Assembly (NCBI RefSeq): GCF_001194135.2
Contig: NC_068990.1
Span: 13,878,333 to 13,940,266 of the forward strand
Length of the DNA stretch: 61,934 nt
Source of the DNA: Octopus bimaculoides
Taxonomy: Eukaryota
Direction: 5' to 3'
Every line of letters starts with the position of its first letter. Positions within the stretch are counted from its first letter, which is position 1. Positions 35,974 through 47,999 of the stretch are shown piece after piece. The position numbers were made by a program, and so were the translations under genes. A model generated the notes under the pieces. It was not told the origin of the DNA. It saw only the letters and a list, made by a program, of their open reading frames with translations, and did not search any database.

Positions 35974-36138
35974 CACTGCAGTTACTGTGGAGAAAATATA
36001 CTTTCTTATGGTAAAAAGGCGTACAAACACGATATCTGTCCAGTGCTTCCCCACCGTCGGATTTCCAGATGCGTTACCAATGGAAATACTGATCATTTTA
36101 CCATAGGAATGTGTTTTTTCTCCACAATAACTGCAGTG
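35974..36138. mobile_element. 165-bp MITE with 43-bp TIRs beginning CACTG
   Basis: cactgcagttactgtggagaaaatatactttcttatggtaaaa versus ttttaccataggaatgtgttttttctccacaataactgcagtg. No clear target duplication. Confidence 0.75.
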
Positions 36139-36542
36139 AAAATGCTTTCAGAAGTTGAAAGATGTCACAAACATTTTAACTAACCTGAAGTTCGCTTATG
36201 CCTAAACATAGTTTGGCGCTGATACTGATGAATTTCTCCCAATCTGGCGGTCTAAGGGCGTGACGTAGTCAATGTTGTTGACTGTGTTTTAGTTAAAGCT
36301 ACGGCTCTAAATCTCTCCAGAGTTACCTCTCTTCGGTATTTCCCATTCATAACGGCTAAAGAGCTAGAAACGCGTCTGGAATCCGACAGCAGGCAGCGCT
36401 TGACAGAAGAACTAGTTAACAACATCAGATGCGTTTCCAATTGAAAAAATTGTTAGGATATTAAGATATTTTCCAATTTTAAATAAAGAAATTCTATCCA
36501 CCAATGCGGATTTGCCATTTTCATCGTTCGATATTTACACAC

Positions 36543-36589
<47 letters not shown>

Positions 36590-36590
<1 letters not shown>

Positions 36591-36685
36591 AAGTAGAAGA
36601 CACAGGCCCAAAGTGCCACGCAGTCGAACTGAATCTGGAACCATGGGGAAACCAGTTTCCTACCGCACAATTCCGCCTCCGCCTA
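36590..36685 (-). mobile_element. SINE family B head fragment
   Basis: agtagaagacacaggcccaaagtgccacgcagtcgaactgaatctggaaccatg. Confidence 0.55.
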
Positions 36686-37469
36686 GAGCAAGGATTTTGT
36701 TTTTTACCGGACAAACTTGAGTTTACAATGTAGTTCATACGAGAAGGTACATGAAAGTTTTCTGTTGTTGTCGTTTTTATTGCTTTAGTTGCGATTTACC
36801 TCCATCAAGCCTTGATTAACTATCTAGGATCACATCCTCCTGTGATCATAGGGATACATGATATCTTATATTCAAATAACCTATCCGGTACGACATTATT
36901 CATTGTGTCCGCCCATTTTAAGGCAAATATTTTGCTGCTATTTTTTGCAGGTCAAGCAACTACATAAAGACTCCTTTATCCACAAAAGTCGAACTAACTT
37001 AATGAGAGGCATTAGATGGCTCGTATCACTGAGTGGATTTAGATCGGCTGAGGATTATATTGTAGACCTCCGGGCTTTTCAAATTCATGATTAAACAGGA
37101 TAATTGGAAATTAATGGACAAATTTTATTCTACATCTGCAAGTCAAACACGCAGAGATATTTTCAATCCTATCTTTAAATTACCTTCATCGGTATATTAG
37201 CTGCGGAGAGAACGTTATGTTGCATTGGTGATTCTGGTTCACTAAACAAATTAATACTTTTTTTTCCGATTAGGAATTCATCTTTCACCCAAATGCTCTT
37301 TACTTTGAGGCTTAAATTCAGTCAAGTACTAAGTATTTATATGGTTCTAAGTTAAACTCTCGTAAACGCAGAATAATGGAGATTGATTCCATTCGAAAAG
37401 CGATGAAAAATTTATGGTTTCTTCTTTTCGCTGTAACATCTACTCAGCTCCATATTTTATTATATGTGA

Positions 37470-37845
37470 ATGTGTGTAAGTATGTGTGTGTGCTTATGTG
37501 TATGTCTATATATATGTAGTATATGTATGTATATACACGCAAATATGTATTATAGATACACATATACTGTTATATATATATATATATGCGCATACATGTA
37601 TGCATGTATGCATGTATATATATATTTATGTATGTACGTAAGTGTGAGTGTGTGTTTATATATGTTAACTTGTGCGTGTTTGTATGTGTGTACACATCTA
37701 TATACATATATGTGTGTCTGTATTTGTATTTATATACGTATGAGCATATGTATGTATACATGCATGTATGTATGCATGTTTGTATCAATGTATATATGTA
37801 TGTGTGTATGTATAAATGTATGTGTGTATGCATGTATGTTTCAGT
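37470..37845. repeat. TG/TA low-complexity tract
   Basis: Direct observation. Confidence 0.85.
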
Positions 37846-39374
37846 ACTTTACACGCGCGAATAAAAGATAATCCACTTTTTCACCTCGTCTGTTTTATTT
37901 TCGTTATATAAACGATCTCCTAGAAGTAGGGGCAATATTCTTCTTGTTAGTGAATAGCTGTGATACTATCGAGCGTGGTGGCGTGTGAAATTTCAACAAA
38001 AAAATATATGTATACCTTTCTTTCTAATTTGTATGTAAATACTTGAATAAGTTGTGAATGCAATAAAAGAATGACGAAAGAAGTTAATCAAAATTCATTC
38101 TTTGGTTTAATTAGGAAATAATTTTGATGTTTTAAATAAGTGTAACAGAACAGCTAAATATATTCTTTGTTTTGTTTCTACTTTTTGTCAAATTGTATTT
38201 AACTAGTTGTTAATGCATCATGCATTATTAAATTTAAAATTAACGTCCTTGCATGTAACTTCTAGAATAGACTTCATTTAAATAATTAATTTTCTGGAGC
38301 GTTAGAATATTTTATAGTTAATGCTTTGTCACAAATTAGGTCTTGTGTGTTAAATTCTCAATAAAGTTGAAAACATGTAGTTAGGTTTAAACAGTTATAA
38401 ATATATACGTTTCTTAATGTAAGCTTTTAAACCACCCATTTAGAGAGCCATTATGTTCTCTTAAATTTGTTTCTCTGAGCAAAGCAGATTAGCTAAAAAT
38501 TTAATTGAAGAACAGCTGTCAATAAAGCTTATCATCCAATGAAGGATACTTCATAGTTGATCAAAGAATTCAGGCTGTTTGTGGTATCAGAGATGTGTTA
38601 GAGCAGCACTTCTCAACTTGAAGAATACAAGTCCTATCAAAGATACATAAATTATAAAGTCGAAAGGAAATCATCTAAGACTTTATCATTTTACTGTGTA
38701 TGAAACACGTTTCCTTCACACACCAGACAGACAGGCAATACAAACATTAGCAGTGTACGATAAGGAACACTTGTCAATTTCACATGGATAGTAATGCTTA
38801 CACTGATTATTTATTCATACACATTTGCATCTGTTTTCTGTTGGGTTCTTTTTACATGTTAGTTGAGGTCGTTCAACAAGAATATAAAGCCAGGATTTTA
38901 AGATACTAACAGGATACCAATCACCAAGTTGTAACAAAGTTGAACAATATACTATCAACTCACCCTTAGATCACTATATACTCACGCACTATAAACGCAC
39001 ACATATACACGCAAACACACACGCACACGCACGCACGCACGCACACGCACGCACACACACACACACACACACACANNNNNNNNNNNNNNNNNNNNNNNNN
39101 NNNNNNNNNNNNNNNNNNNNNNNNNNNNNNNNNNNNNNNNNNNNNNNNNNNNNNNNNNNNNNNNNNNNNNNNNNNNNNNNNNNNNNNNNNNNNNNNNNNN
39201 NNNNNNNNNNNNNNNNNNNNNNNNNNNNNNNNNNNNNNNNNNNNNNNNNNNNNNNNNNNNNNNNNNNNNNNNNNNNNNNNNNNNNNNNNNNNNNNNNNNN
39301 NNNNNNNNNNNNNNNNNNNNNNNNNNNNNNNNNNNNNNNNNNNNNNATATATATATATATATATAAAACCTAGA

Positions 39375-39925
39375 TAACTTAGATATGTTTCGGCTAAAGA
39401 TTGGTCCAAGCCATGCTTAACCTAATAGCATCACCTGATAGGATTAGCTAAATCCTTTTTAAGTCAGATTTTGTGGTATCATGGTCCATTCGAGTAGGGA
39501 GTTGACTGAGTTGTATCCAGATATAGGTGGCTTATCTCGTATTCTTTGAAGAAATTTGTCCAGATTCCGTTTAAAGGTAATGGGACCCTTTTCCTCTTTG
39601 ATCTGTTTCGAGACAATGTTAAATAGGACAGTGCCTGTTGAGGAAAAGAAATTGTGTTGCAGTGTATTTATGTGTTGTAATCCTGAATTGGGTAGGGGAC
39701 GTATGGCCTATGGTACTAGCCTTGGATGAATTTTGAAGCTCATGTTAAGGCCGTGTGTGATATGATGGGGGTATATATTCCACATCATGCAAATGATGTA
39801 TCGCTCACGGCGGCGCTGGAGACAGTAGAGTTTCAATGCTTTAAGGTATTCCCAACAATCGAGATCAGTCATGCTGTTAATTCTTTTAGTGAATGACCTC
39901 TGGGGTGATTCAATTTTCGAGTTGT

Positions 39926-39930
<5 letters not shown>
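39375..39930 (-). pseudogene. CR1/L2-group LINE ORF2 C-terminus and 3' UTR
   Basis: IESPQRSFTKRINSMTDLDCWEYLKALKLYCLQRRRERY, later FKRNLDKFL..I.DKP...GY. It probably continues beyond the gap at 40620-41000 (weak WLTAFL). Confidence 0.85.
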
Positions 39931-39996
<66 letters not shown>

Positions 39997-41431
39997 NNNN
40001 NNNNNNNNNNNNNNNNNNNNNNNNNNNNNNNNNNNNNNNNNNNNNNNNNNNNNNNNNNNNNNNNNNNNNNNNNNNNNNNNNNNNNNNNNNNNNNNNNNNN
40101 NNNNNNNNNNNNNNNNNNNNNNNNNNNNNNNNNNNNNNNNNNNNNNNNNNNNNNNNNNNNNNNNNNNNNNNNNNNNNNNNNNNNNNNNNNNNNNNNNNNN
40201 NNNNNNNNNNNNNNNNNNNNNNNNNNNNNNNNNNNNNNNNNNNNNNNNNNNNNNNNNNNNNNNNNNNNNNNNNNNNNNNNNNNNNNNNNNNNNNNNNNNN
40301 NNNNNNNNNNNNNNNNNNNNNNNNNNNNNNNNNNNNNNNNNNNNNNNNNNNNNNNNNNNNNNNNNNNNNNNNNNNNNNNNNNNNNNNNNNNNNNNNNNNN
40401 NNNNNNNNNNNNNNNNNNNNNNNNNNNNNNNNNNNNNNNNNNNNNNNNNNNNNNNNNNNNNNNNNNNNNNNNNNNNNNNNNNNNNNNNNNNNNNNNNNNN
40501 NNNNNNNNNNNNNNNNNNNNNNNNNNNNNNNNNNNNNNNNNNNNNNNNNNNNNNNNNNNNNNNNNNNNNNNNNNNNNNNNNNNNNNNNNNNNNNNNNNNN
40601 NNNNNNNNNNNNNNNNNNTATACTTGTGGATGCCTGTGTATAATGATCTTTTTTTCAATCGTAGTAGCACAGAGATTTCTTTAACTCCCTCAGCCTCAGA
40701 AATGCAGTCAACCATTGATAACTTGCAACCACGACGCTAGTATTTCATATCGCCGCACTTGTCATAGGAAATAAAATAACTGTCTTTACGTGTGTATGTA
40801 TCTGGATGCACAACTACACACATACTTAACACGAATAAAGATGTCTTTGCAATTTTTTGAAAATAAAGATAATACAGAAAATACAGTATAGAAGTGGTTC
40901 TGGTAATCAAGCCGACTTTTGAAAGCAACCAACATATTTCGGTTTTATTAAGCTTTCTACATGTATGTCTTAACATGAACCAATACAAGAAAGTAAAGAA
41001 ACGAACATACAGAAAACATTCGTGTCACGTATCTATGCTCAAGTTGTGACCCCTTAGCTAATTACACCACGAAATTCTTATGCCAAGCCTTCTACCTTAG
41101 ATTAAGTTCTTTAATCAATTTCCTTGCTTATTTTCTTGTATTTCTTTATTTTTTCTTACTATGTAACTGTGATATTTCTTTTTATCCCTGCTAATTAATT
41201 AGTCCGTTACTCTAGGTTAAATTCTACACATACAATATAAAAGTGTGTGTGTGTATGTGTGCGTATGTGTATGTTTGTGTGAAAATATCAGTGGGTGAAT
41301 GAACGAGAGGAAGTAGTACTCAACACACAGTGTTACATTTATTTGATAACAGTTTTTGACACTCAGTTCCACATTACTTACTGTTTCGAGGACGTCCACC
41401 TCATTAGACGTTCGAAATTATGCATGCATAC

Positions 41432-41474
<43 letters not shown>

Positions 41475-42442
41475 NNNNNNNNNNNNNNNNNNNNNNNNNN
41501 NNNNNNNNNNNNNNNNNNNNNNNNNNNNNNNNNNNNNNNNNNNNNNNNNNNNNNNNNNNNNNNNNNNNNNNNNNNNNNNNNNNNNNNNNNNNNNNNNNNN
41601 NNNNNNNNNNNNNNNNNNNNNNNNNNNNNNNNNNNNNNNNNNNNNNNNNNNNNNNNNNNNNNNNNNNNNNNNNNNNNNNNNNNNNNNNNNNNNNNNNNNN
41701 NNNNNNNNNNNNNNNNNNNNNNNNNNNNNNNNNNNNNNNNNNNNNNNNNNNNNNNNNNNNNNNNNNNNNNNNNNNNNNNNNNNNNNNNNNNNNNNNNNNN
41801 NNNNNNNNNNNNNNNNNNNNNNNNNNNNNNNNNNNNNNNNNNNNNNNNNNNNNNNNNNNNNNNNNNNNNNNNNNNNNNNNNNNNNNNNNNNNNNNNNNNN
41901 NNNNNNNNNNNNNNNNNNNNNNNNNNNNNNNNNNNNNNNNNNNNNNNNNNNNNNNNNNNNNNNNNNNNNNNNNNNNNNNNNNNNNNNNNNNNNNNNNNNC
42001 ATTAGACGTTCGAAATTATGCATGCATACATATATATACATATATATATATATATACAATGTTATACTTTTTTATATATTATTTATACTAATATGCAACA
42101 TATCAAGATGCCCCACTTGTATTCATGGTGTACAACGATATTAGATATCTTATAATAATCAAATTATGAAAGAAAAGCGATGCAAAACAACAAAAGGATA
42201 TAAAACCCCTTATGTTGAACCATTGCCAAACCATCTATTTCACACTAGATATTAAATCTATTTTCCTACTTTCCTTTTAATGGATGTTGTCACAAACAGC
42301 AACTCAATTTCTTAGAAAAACCACACTTTAAATGTTAAGAGGAAAGACACACGTAACTTAATGTAATCCATTGCCTGAAAACAGAATAGATACTTACGGT
42401 TGGATTATCTTTCATCGTAAGTTTGTTCGTTCAATACTGACG

Positions 42443-42665
42443 CAGGTATGGCTGTGTGGTTAAGAAACTCGCTTTGCAATCGTGTGGTTTCATATCCTGT
42501 CCCACTGCGCGTCACCTTGGGCAAGTGGTTTCTACTGAAGCCCCCGCATCGGCCAGTGTAACGAAAGTGGATTTGCTAATACTGAAATTCTGAAACGCCG
42601 TCACACACACATGCGTATAATGTTTATATATACGTAATACATATATATAGTTTATGTATACATAC

Positions 42666-42763
<98 letters not shown>

Positions 42764-42970
42764 NNNNNNNNNNNNNNNNNNNNNNNNNNNNNNNNNNNNN
42801 NNNNNNNNNNNTATATATAGGGTGAACAAGAATGGGGGAAATCACATCTTTAGTCGATGATTTCACCATACATTACTGACGATCGTGCTTATTGTTTGAC
42901 TAATCCTTTCATAGTGGTACCCCAGCAAGGCCGCAGTTCAATGACTCAAGCAAATAAAACATAAAAGATA
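42443..42970 (+). mobile_element. SINE family B-like, interrupted by microsatellites and a gap
   Basis: gcaggtatggctgtgtggttaagaa...gtcccactgcgcgtcaccttgggcaagtgg ... gtttgactaa...ggtaccccagcaaggccgcagttcaatgact. Confidence 0.7.
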
Positions 42971-42980
42971 GGCGTGTTCT

Positions 42981-43036
42981 ATATATTGCTCTTATATATT
43001 GCTCATACATATTGCTCATATATATTGCTCATATAT
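42981..43036. repeat. 13-bp tandem repeat, 4 copies
   Basis: Unit atatattgctcat. Confidence 0.85.
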
Positions 43037-43416
43037 GTGACTGTATAAGTCACATGTAACATCAACTATAAAGATTATGAATGTGAACTAACGCTTTAAA
43101 ATACTGCAGAATAGATATTGTATAGCATCAGTAAACGCCATGCCGTGGTTTGACACACTTGTCATGGATAAACTTTTGTATTGTATTCCTCAATAGAGAA
43201 GTCGATCTCGTTTCTATGTGGGTTCGTTTTCTCTCCCTCAGAGGAAAAAAAATATTCCCTTGGAAATTTTATACGTGTTTATGGATTCATTATAGCAGAA
43301 TGCTTACTTAATATTTACTGAGTATTAATTGAAACTGCTGTGAGGGATAATGACTAATTTGCTGTTAATAATAAACATTTATTAACTTTCCAATCTCCAT
43401 TTTTTTTTCTTTTCTC

Positions 43417-43477
<61 letters not shown>

Positions 43478-43482
43478 TGCAT

Positions 43483-43531
<49 letters not shown>

Positions 43532-44278
43532 CATTCTATATACGCATTCATATCATTATGTTATATATTTGTATATGTCAAGGTGTACGCGTGTATATAT
43601 ATATATATGAATGCACGTACGTATGTATGTATGTATGTATGTATATATATATATATGTATACATATATGTATATATATATATGTATATATGTATGTATGT
43701 ACTTGTTTAGATTCATTGCATTATTGATATCTTTTTTAAGTATATATTTCGCTCTGGTGGAACTTTTCAAAACATTAGCTCCAAAATTGAATAATTGGAT
43801 GTATAGAGAAATCGGAAACGTGACTTATTCTCTCGAACGTATGCGGGAAGGGACAGAATAAAATCTTGTATGAAAGGTTAATTTCTTTAAAATTCGGTTG
43901 TAATAATACATGCAGCTGACTTGAAAATCACTTGCGAAGAATTTGCTATTGGAATATAGTGATTGAGGACATACATCATATGCTATTGTTGTCTTTTCTT
44001 TTTTACCTTTATTTAAAACGTGATTAACGGGGAAAGCAAGAAAAGCCGCACAGAGCAACAGTGAGTGGTTATTTGAACTAAAAGGTGTACAGCATTTCGC
44101 CGTGTATAGGTGTTGGAGAATATGTTCGGTAAATTAGAGCGCGACAAATCGCATGTGTGCAATCAAAGGTACTCGTAAATGCAATTTACTCCACTGTAAA
44201 CTAGTATGGTTATATCTTATTTTGTTGTATGCGTCTGTTCTTGTGCCTTCTTTCGTTTTGACGAATAATCACATCCTC

Positions 44279-44279
<1 letters not shown>

Positions 44280-44319
<40 letters not shown>

Positions 44320-44320
44320 C

Positions 44321-44365
<45 letters not shown>

Positions 44366-44366
44366 T
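44280..44366. repeat. (GATA)n(GACA)n microsatellite
   Basis: Direct observation. Confidence 0.95.
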
Positions 44367-44458
44367 GACTTGGAAATACACAATACGTTATACAAACTTG
44401 TCCGACCATTGCATTTTCAGCGTATGAAACTGATAGTAGCTCGAGTTTAAATCTTGTG

Positions 44459-44676
44459 TATATTGATTTCAAATTTTGGCACAAAGCCAGTAATTTCGGG
44501 AGAGGGGCAGATCGATTACATCGACCTCAACGCTCAAATAGTACTTATTTTATCGAGCACGAAGGATGAAACGCAAAGTCGACCTTGGGGGAATTTGAAA
44601 TCAGGTCGTAAAAACGGATGAAATGCCGCTAAGCATTTCACCCGGCGTGCTAACGTTTCTGCCAACTCGCCGCCCT
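44459..44676 (-). mobile_element. SINE family A, near full length
   Basis: ttcaaattttggcacaaagcc...gaaatgccgctaagcatttcacccggcgtgctaacgtttctgccaactcgccgcc. Confidence 0.85.
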
Positions 44677-44916
44677 GTACATATAATCTATTAGTGAAAG
44701 TAGTCTCTGAAATGCATTATATATGTGCAAATCGGTCAATCTAATTTACTTAAGCTCTGGTTAATAGTAGACAGTTACTGATTAACCGTCTACACAGTAA
44801 CTATTTGGATAGTTCAAAAAACGATGCAGACAATGAAGAAATCCCAACACGAGATTGACATTAGTTAGGTTACTCCCTCTTTTTTCTGTGTGCAAAGTTA
44901 TGGTTTATAGTAGTAC

Positions 44917-45225
44917 CAGTGGTTCTCAAACATTTTTCGGGTTATCGCCCCCTTGACACCCAGGTCACATTCCTAGCGCCTCCATCCCAACTAACCATCA
45001 TAAGCATAGACCTCTTTCTGAAGCAAATTCAAAGCAACTGTATTTCACAAATAAAACTTAACCTAATGAACCCAATATTTTTTTGTTTTTACACGAATCG
45101 CTACCCCATTATCGCTCCAATTTTTGCATGAATCGCTTCTCCATTATCGCCCCATTTTACTTCAACACCCCTTGGAGCTTTCCACTGCCCCCAAGGGGCA
45201 ATACCACCCACTTTGTAAACCACTG
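44917..45225. mobile_element. hAT (Charlie-like) MITE
   Basis: TIRs CAGTGGTTCTCAAAC ... CTTTGTAAACCACTG and an internal duplication of about 33 bp (gaatcgct..ccattatcgc). Confidence 0.75.
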
Positions 45226-45293
45226 GTTTATATTGATAAGTTGTTTCCATACTGCGTTGGCTAAAATACTATTAGGCATAAAGTTGTAGTGAG

Positions 45294-45881
45294 AGTTAAT
45301 TGCGCAATCAATAATTCGTCGAAGTNNNNNNNNNNNNNNNNNNNNNNNNNNNNNNNNNNNNNNNNNNNNNNNNNNNAGCACTCCACAGACACGTGTACCC
45401 TTAACGTAGTTCTCGGGGATATTCAGCGTGACACAGTGTGACAAGGCTGACCCTTTGAATTACGGGCACAACAGAAACAGGAAGTAAGAGAGAAAATTGT
45501 GGTGAAAGAGTACAGCAGGGTTCGCCACTATCCCCTGTCGGTGCCTCGTGGAGCTTTAGGTGTTTTCGCTCAATAAACACTCACAACGCCCAGCCTGGGA
45601 ATCGAAACCGCGATCCTATGACCGCGAGTCCACTGCCCTAACCACTGGGCCATTGCGCCTCCACACAGAAAATAACATCGACCAATTATGAACTTACCAA
45701 CTGGTAATATGCAACTGTTATATTTGAAATTGAAACAACCGTAAAAGAACATCCGATAGCATTTTTAGCAATTATTTATTTATAATCACCAATATGCATT
45801 TAAGCTTTTGTCGTTGTTGTTCTCGTTTAGCTCAGAACCCATTTTTAGAGATGTCGAATCACGTTTTCCTGTGCGTAAGTG

Positions 45882-45923
<42 letters not shown>

Positions 45924-45933
45924 NNNNNNNNNN

Positions 45934-45972
<39 letters not shown>

Positions 45973-46356
45973 TATGCGCGCGGGCGCGTTTAAGGAACTT
46001 GAAATGCAGTAAACATAGATCAACGAAAGAATCTACCAACCATAATTATCTCTCAAATCACACCCTTTATTTCATAATATAGGGATATATATAACAAGGC
46101 TGGGAAACAACGGTCGAGGCTACAGCTTCTTTAATCATTGGTTCAGGGCTAAACGACAACAACAACAACAACAGCAACAACTTAAATTACATAGAGATTA
46201 TGAATAAATAATTGTAAAACAAAATGCTATCGGACGTTCTTTTGCGGTTGTTTTAATTGCCAATATAACAGTTGCATATTTTCACTTGGTGAGTTCATAA
46301 TTGTTTAATGTTATTTTCTGTAAAACTTCGACGAATTATTAATTGAGCAATTAACT
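45294..46356. mobile_element. Long foldback element, left arm split by a SINE insertion
   Basis: 45294-45325 plus 45665 to about 45843 is the reverse complement of about 46130-46356 (roughly 80-85% identity by eye). Confidence 0.75.
45377..45662 (-). mobile_element. tRNA-derived SINE family C
   Basis: Reverse complement: ggaggcgcaaTGGCCCAGTGGttagggcagtggactcgcggtcataggatcgcGGTTTCGATTCCC (A and B boxes), followed by a unique body. The 3' end is lost in the gap. Confidence 0.9.
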
Positions 46357-46935
46357 AAATAATAATTGTTTTCCTGAAATATAGTAATTATAGTTTTGAA
46401 ATATATTTCAGAGATAAATTATTTTCATTTCTCTAACGCATTGTTTTTAACACAATATATTCTTTTCTGAAGAAACGTTTTATTTCAATTGTCTCCATTA
46501 CATTTATCAGCTCTTCTGTATTATCTAACCGCACACCAGTCCTACCTGATGTACTCAGTATCTCTTCATATTGCCAACTCTATTATCCCTCTATTTCTTG
46601 GCCTTCAAAATCAGTAAACCTCCAAACGTGCAAAGTGTAAACGCATTGTAATTCTCTCAATGCTATTCTTGTAGAACATTTACATGCGGTTAAAAATACA
46701 CGCGCGTGTAACAGAAGTACTGACCAAGATGAAGGCTCAATAATCAGTTACGATCCATACTTGAACCAAGATAAAATTATTTTCATTGCTTGCCGTTTAT
46801 AGGTCATCTCGCAGATTCTTTTGCTTCTTTGGAATAATTGTTTCTTAAATAAGTTGGGCCCCGGTATTTAATACTTCACTTACTAAGTTGCGTCCATTCA
46901 TTTCTTTGTATACAGAAGGAGTGTGATATTTTTTG

Positions 46936-47145
46936 TACTCTTTTACTTGTTTCAGTCATTTGACTGTGGCCATGCTGGAACACCGCCTTTAGTCGAGCAA
47001 ATCGACCCCATGACTTATTCTTTCTAAGCCTAGTACTTATTCTATCGGTCTCTTTCGCCGAACCGCTAAGTTACGGGGACGTAAACACACCAACATCGGT
47101 TGTCAAGCGATGTTGGAGCGGACAAACACACACACACAAACATAT

Positions 47146-47211
<66 letters not shown>

Positions 47212-47373
47212 GATGGGCTTCTTTCAGTTTCCGTCTACCAAATCCACTCACAAAGCTTTGGTCGCGCGAGGCTATAGTAGAAGACACTTGCCCAAGATGC
47301 AGCGCAGTGGGACTGAACCCGGAGCCATGTGGTCGGTAAGCAACCTACTTACCACACAGCTACACCTACGCCT
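46936..47373 (-). mobile_element. SINE family B, full length
   Basis: Near-identical in organisation to 4362-4785, with an internal CA/TA tract. Confidence 0.9.
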
Positions 47374-47624
47374 ATAAATATGTACTAATAAATATGTTTG
47401 CACGACTGTTTTTTGTAACATATATGTGCGTATGTGTGTGTGTGAATTAAAGCTACCGTTGGTTTCATATTAAGTAAAGTAGGAAAATATCTTAAGTTGT
47501 TAAAACACTAGAATATTTTCCTATTTTTCTTAGCATGAAACCAATAATAGCCTTAATTCACAAATGAAGAAATTCTATCCGCCAATGCGGTGTTGAGCAC
47601 TCATATCCATCGTTCGACATTCAC

Positions 47625-47686
<62 letters not shown>

Positions 47687-47858
47687 GTGTGTGTGTGTGT
47701 GTGTGTGTAAATTTATATGCATGTGTGTGTATGTATACACACACAAGCATACGCTCACATACATACACACACGCATATATATTGAGAGAGGGAATACAAA
47801 GAATGAAGAATTAAGCATTTTTATTCGCTTACGCGTGTTTCGGATGTAGGGGAAGAAA

Positions 47859-47945
47859 GCATGTATATTAATCGAATCTCATATTGGATCATGCATATTA
47901 ATCGATTTCATTTGATCGTGCATATTAATCGATCTCATATTTCAT
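47859..47945. repeat. About 29-bp tandem repeat, 3 copies
   Basis: Core catgcatattaatcgatctcatattgga, with variants. Confidence 0.8.
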
Positions 47946-47999
47946 GGACTGAGATTCTGCATAAATAGAGAAATTTAACGCCATTCACTTCTTATCAAA

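Noticed and set aside
36951-37094. 47-codon frame after a strong acceptor (VKQLHKDS…)
   Set aside because: The acceptor and the start of the frame belong to the dispersed …gctgctatttctagcaggtc repeat, so it is not independent evidence for a gene.
41400-42058. cattagacgttcgaaattatgcatgcatac… repeated on both sides of the large gap
   Set aside because: It has the same artefact pattern (overlapping contig ends separated by Ns).
45600-45662. tRNA-like sequence with A and B boxes
   Set aside because: It is the head of a SINE, continues into a SINE body, and lacks a complete acceptor stem.
45697-45713. Minus 17-nt microexon with TG|GTAAGT donor
   Set aside because: It lies within the foldback arm (mirrored as GTGAGT in the other arm) and is not frame-preserving.
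46697-46710. Perfect 14-bp palindrome TACACGCGCGTGTA
   Set aside because: It is isolated and has no supporting context, so no function can be assigned.
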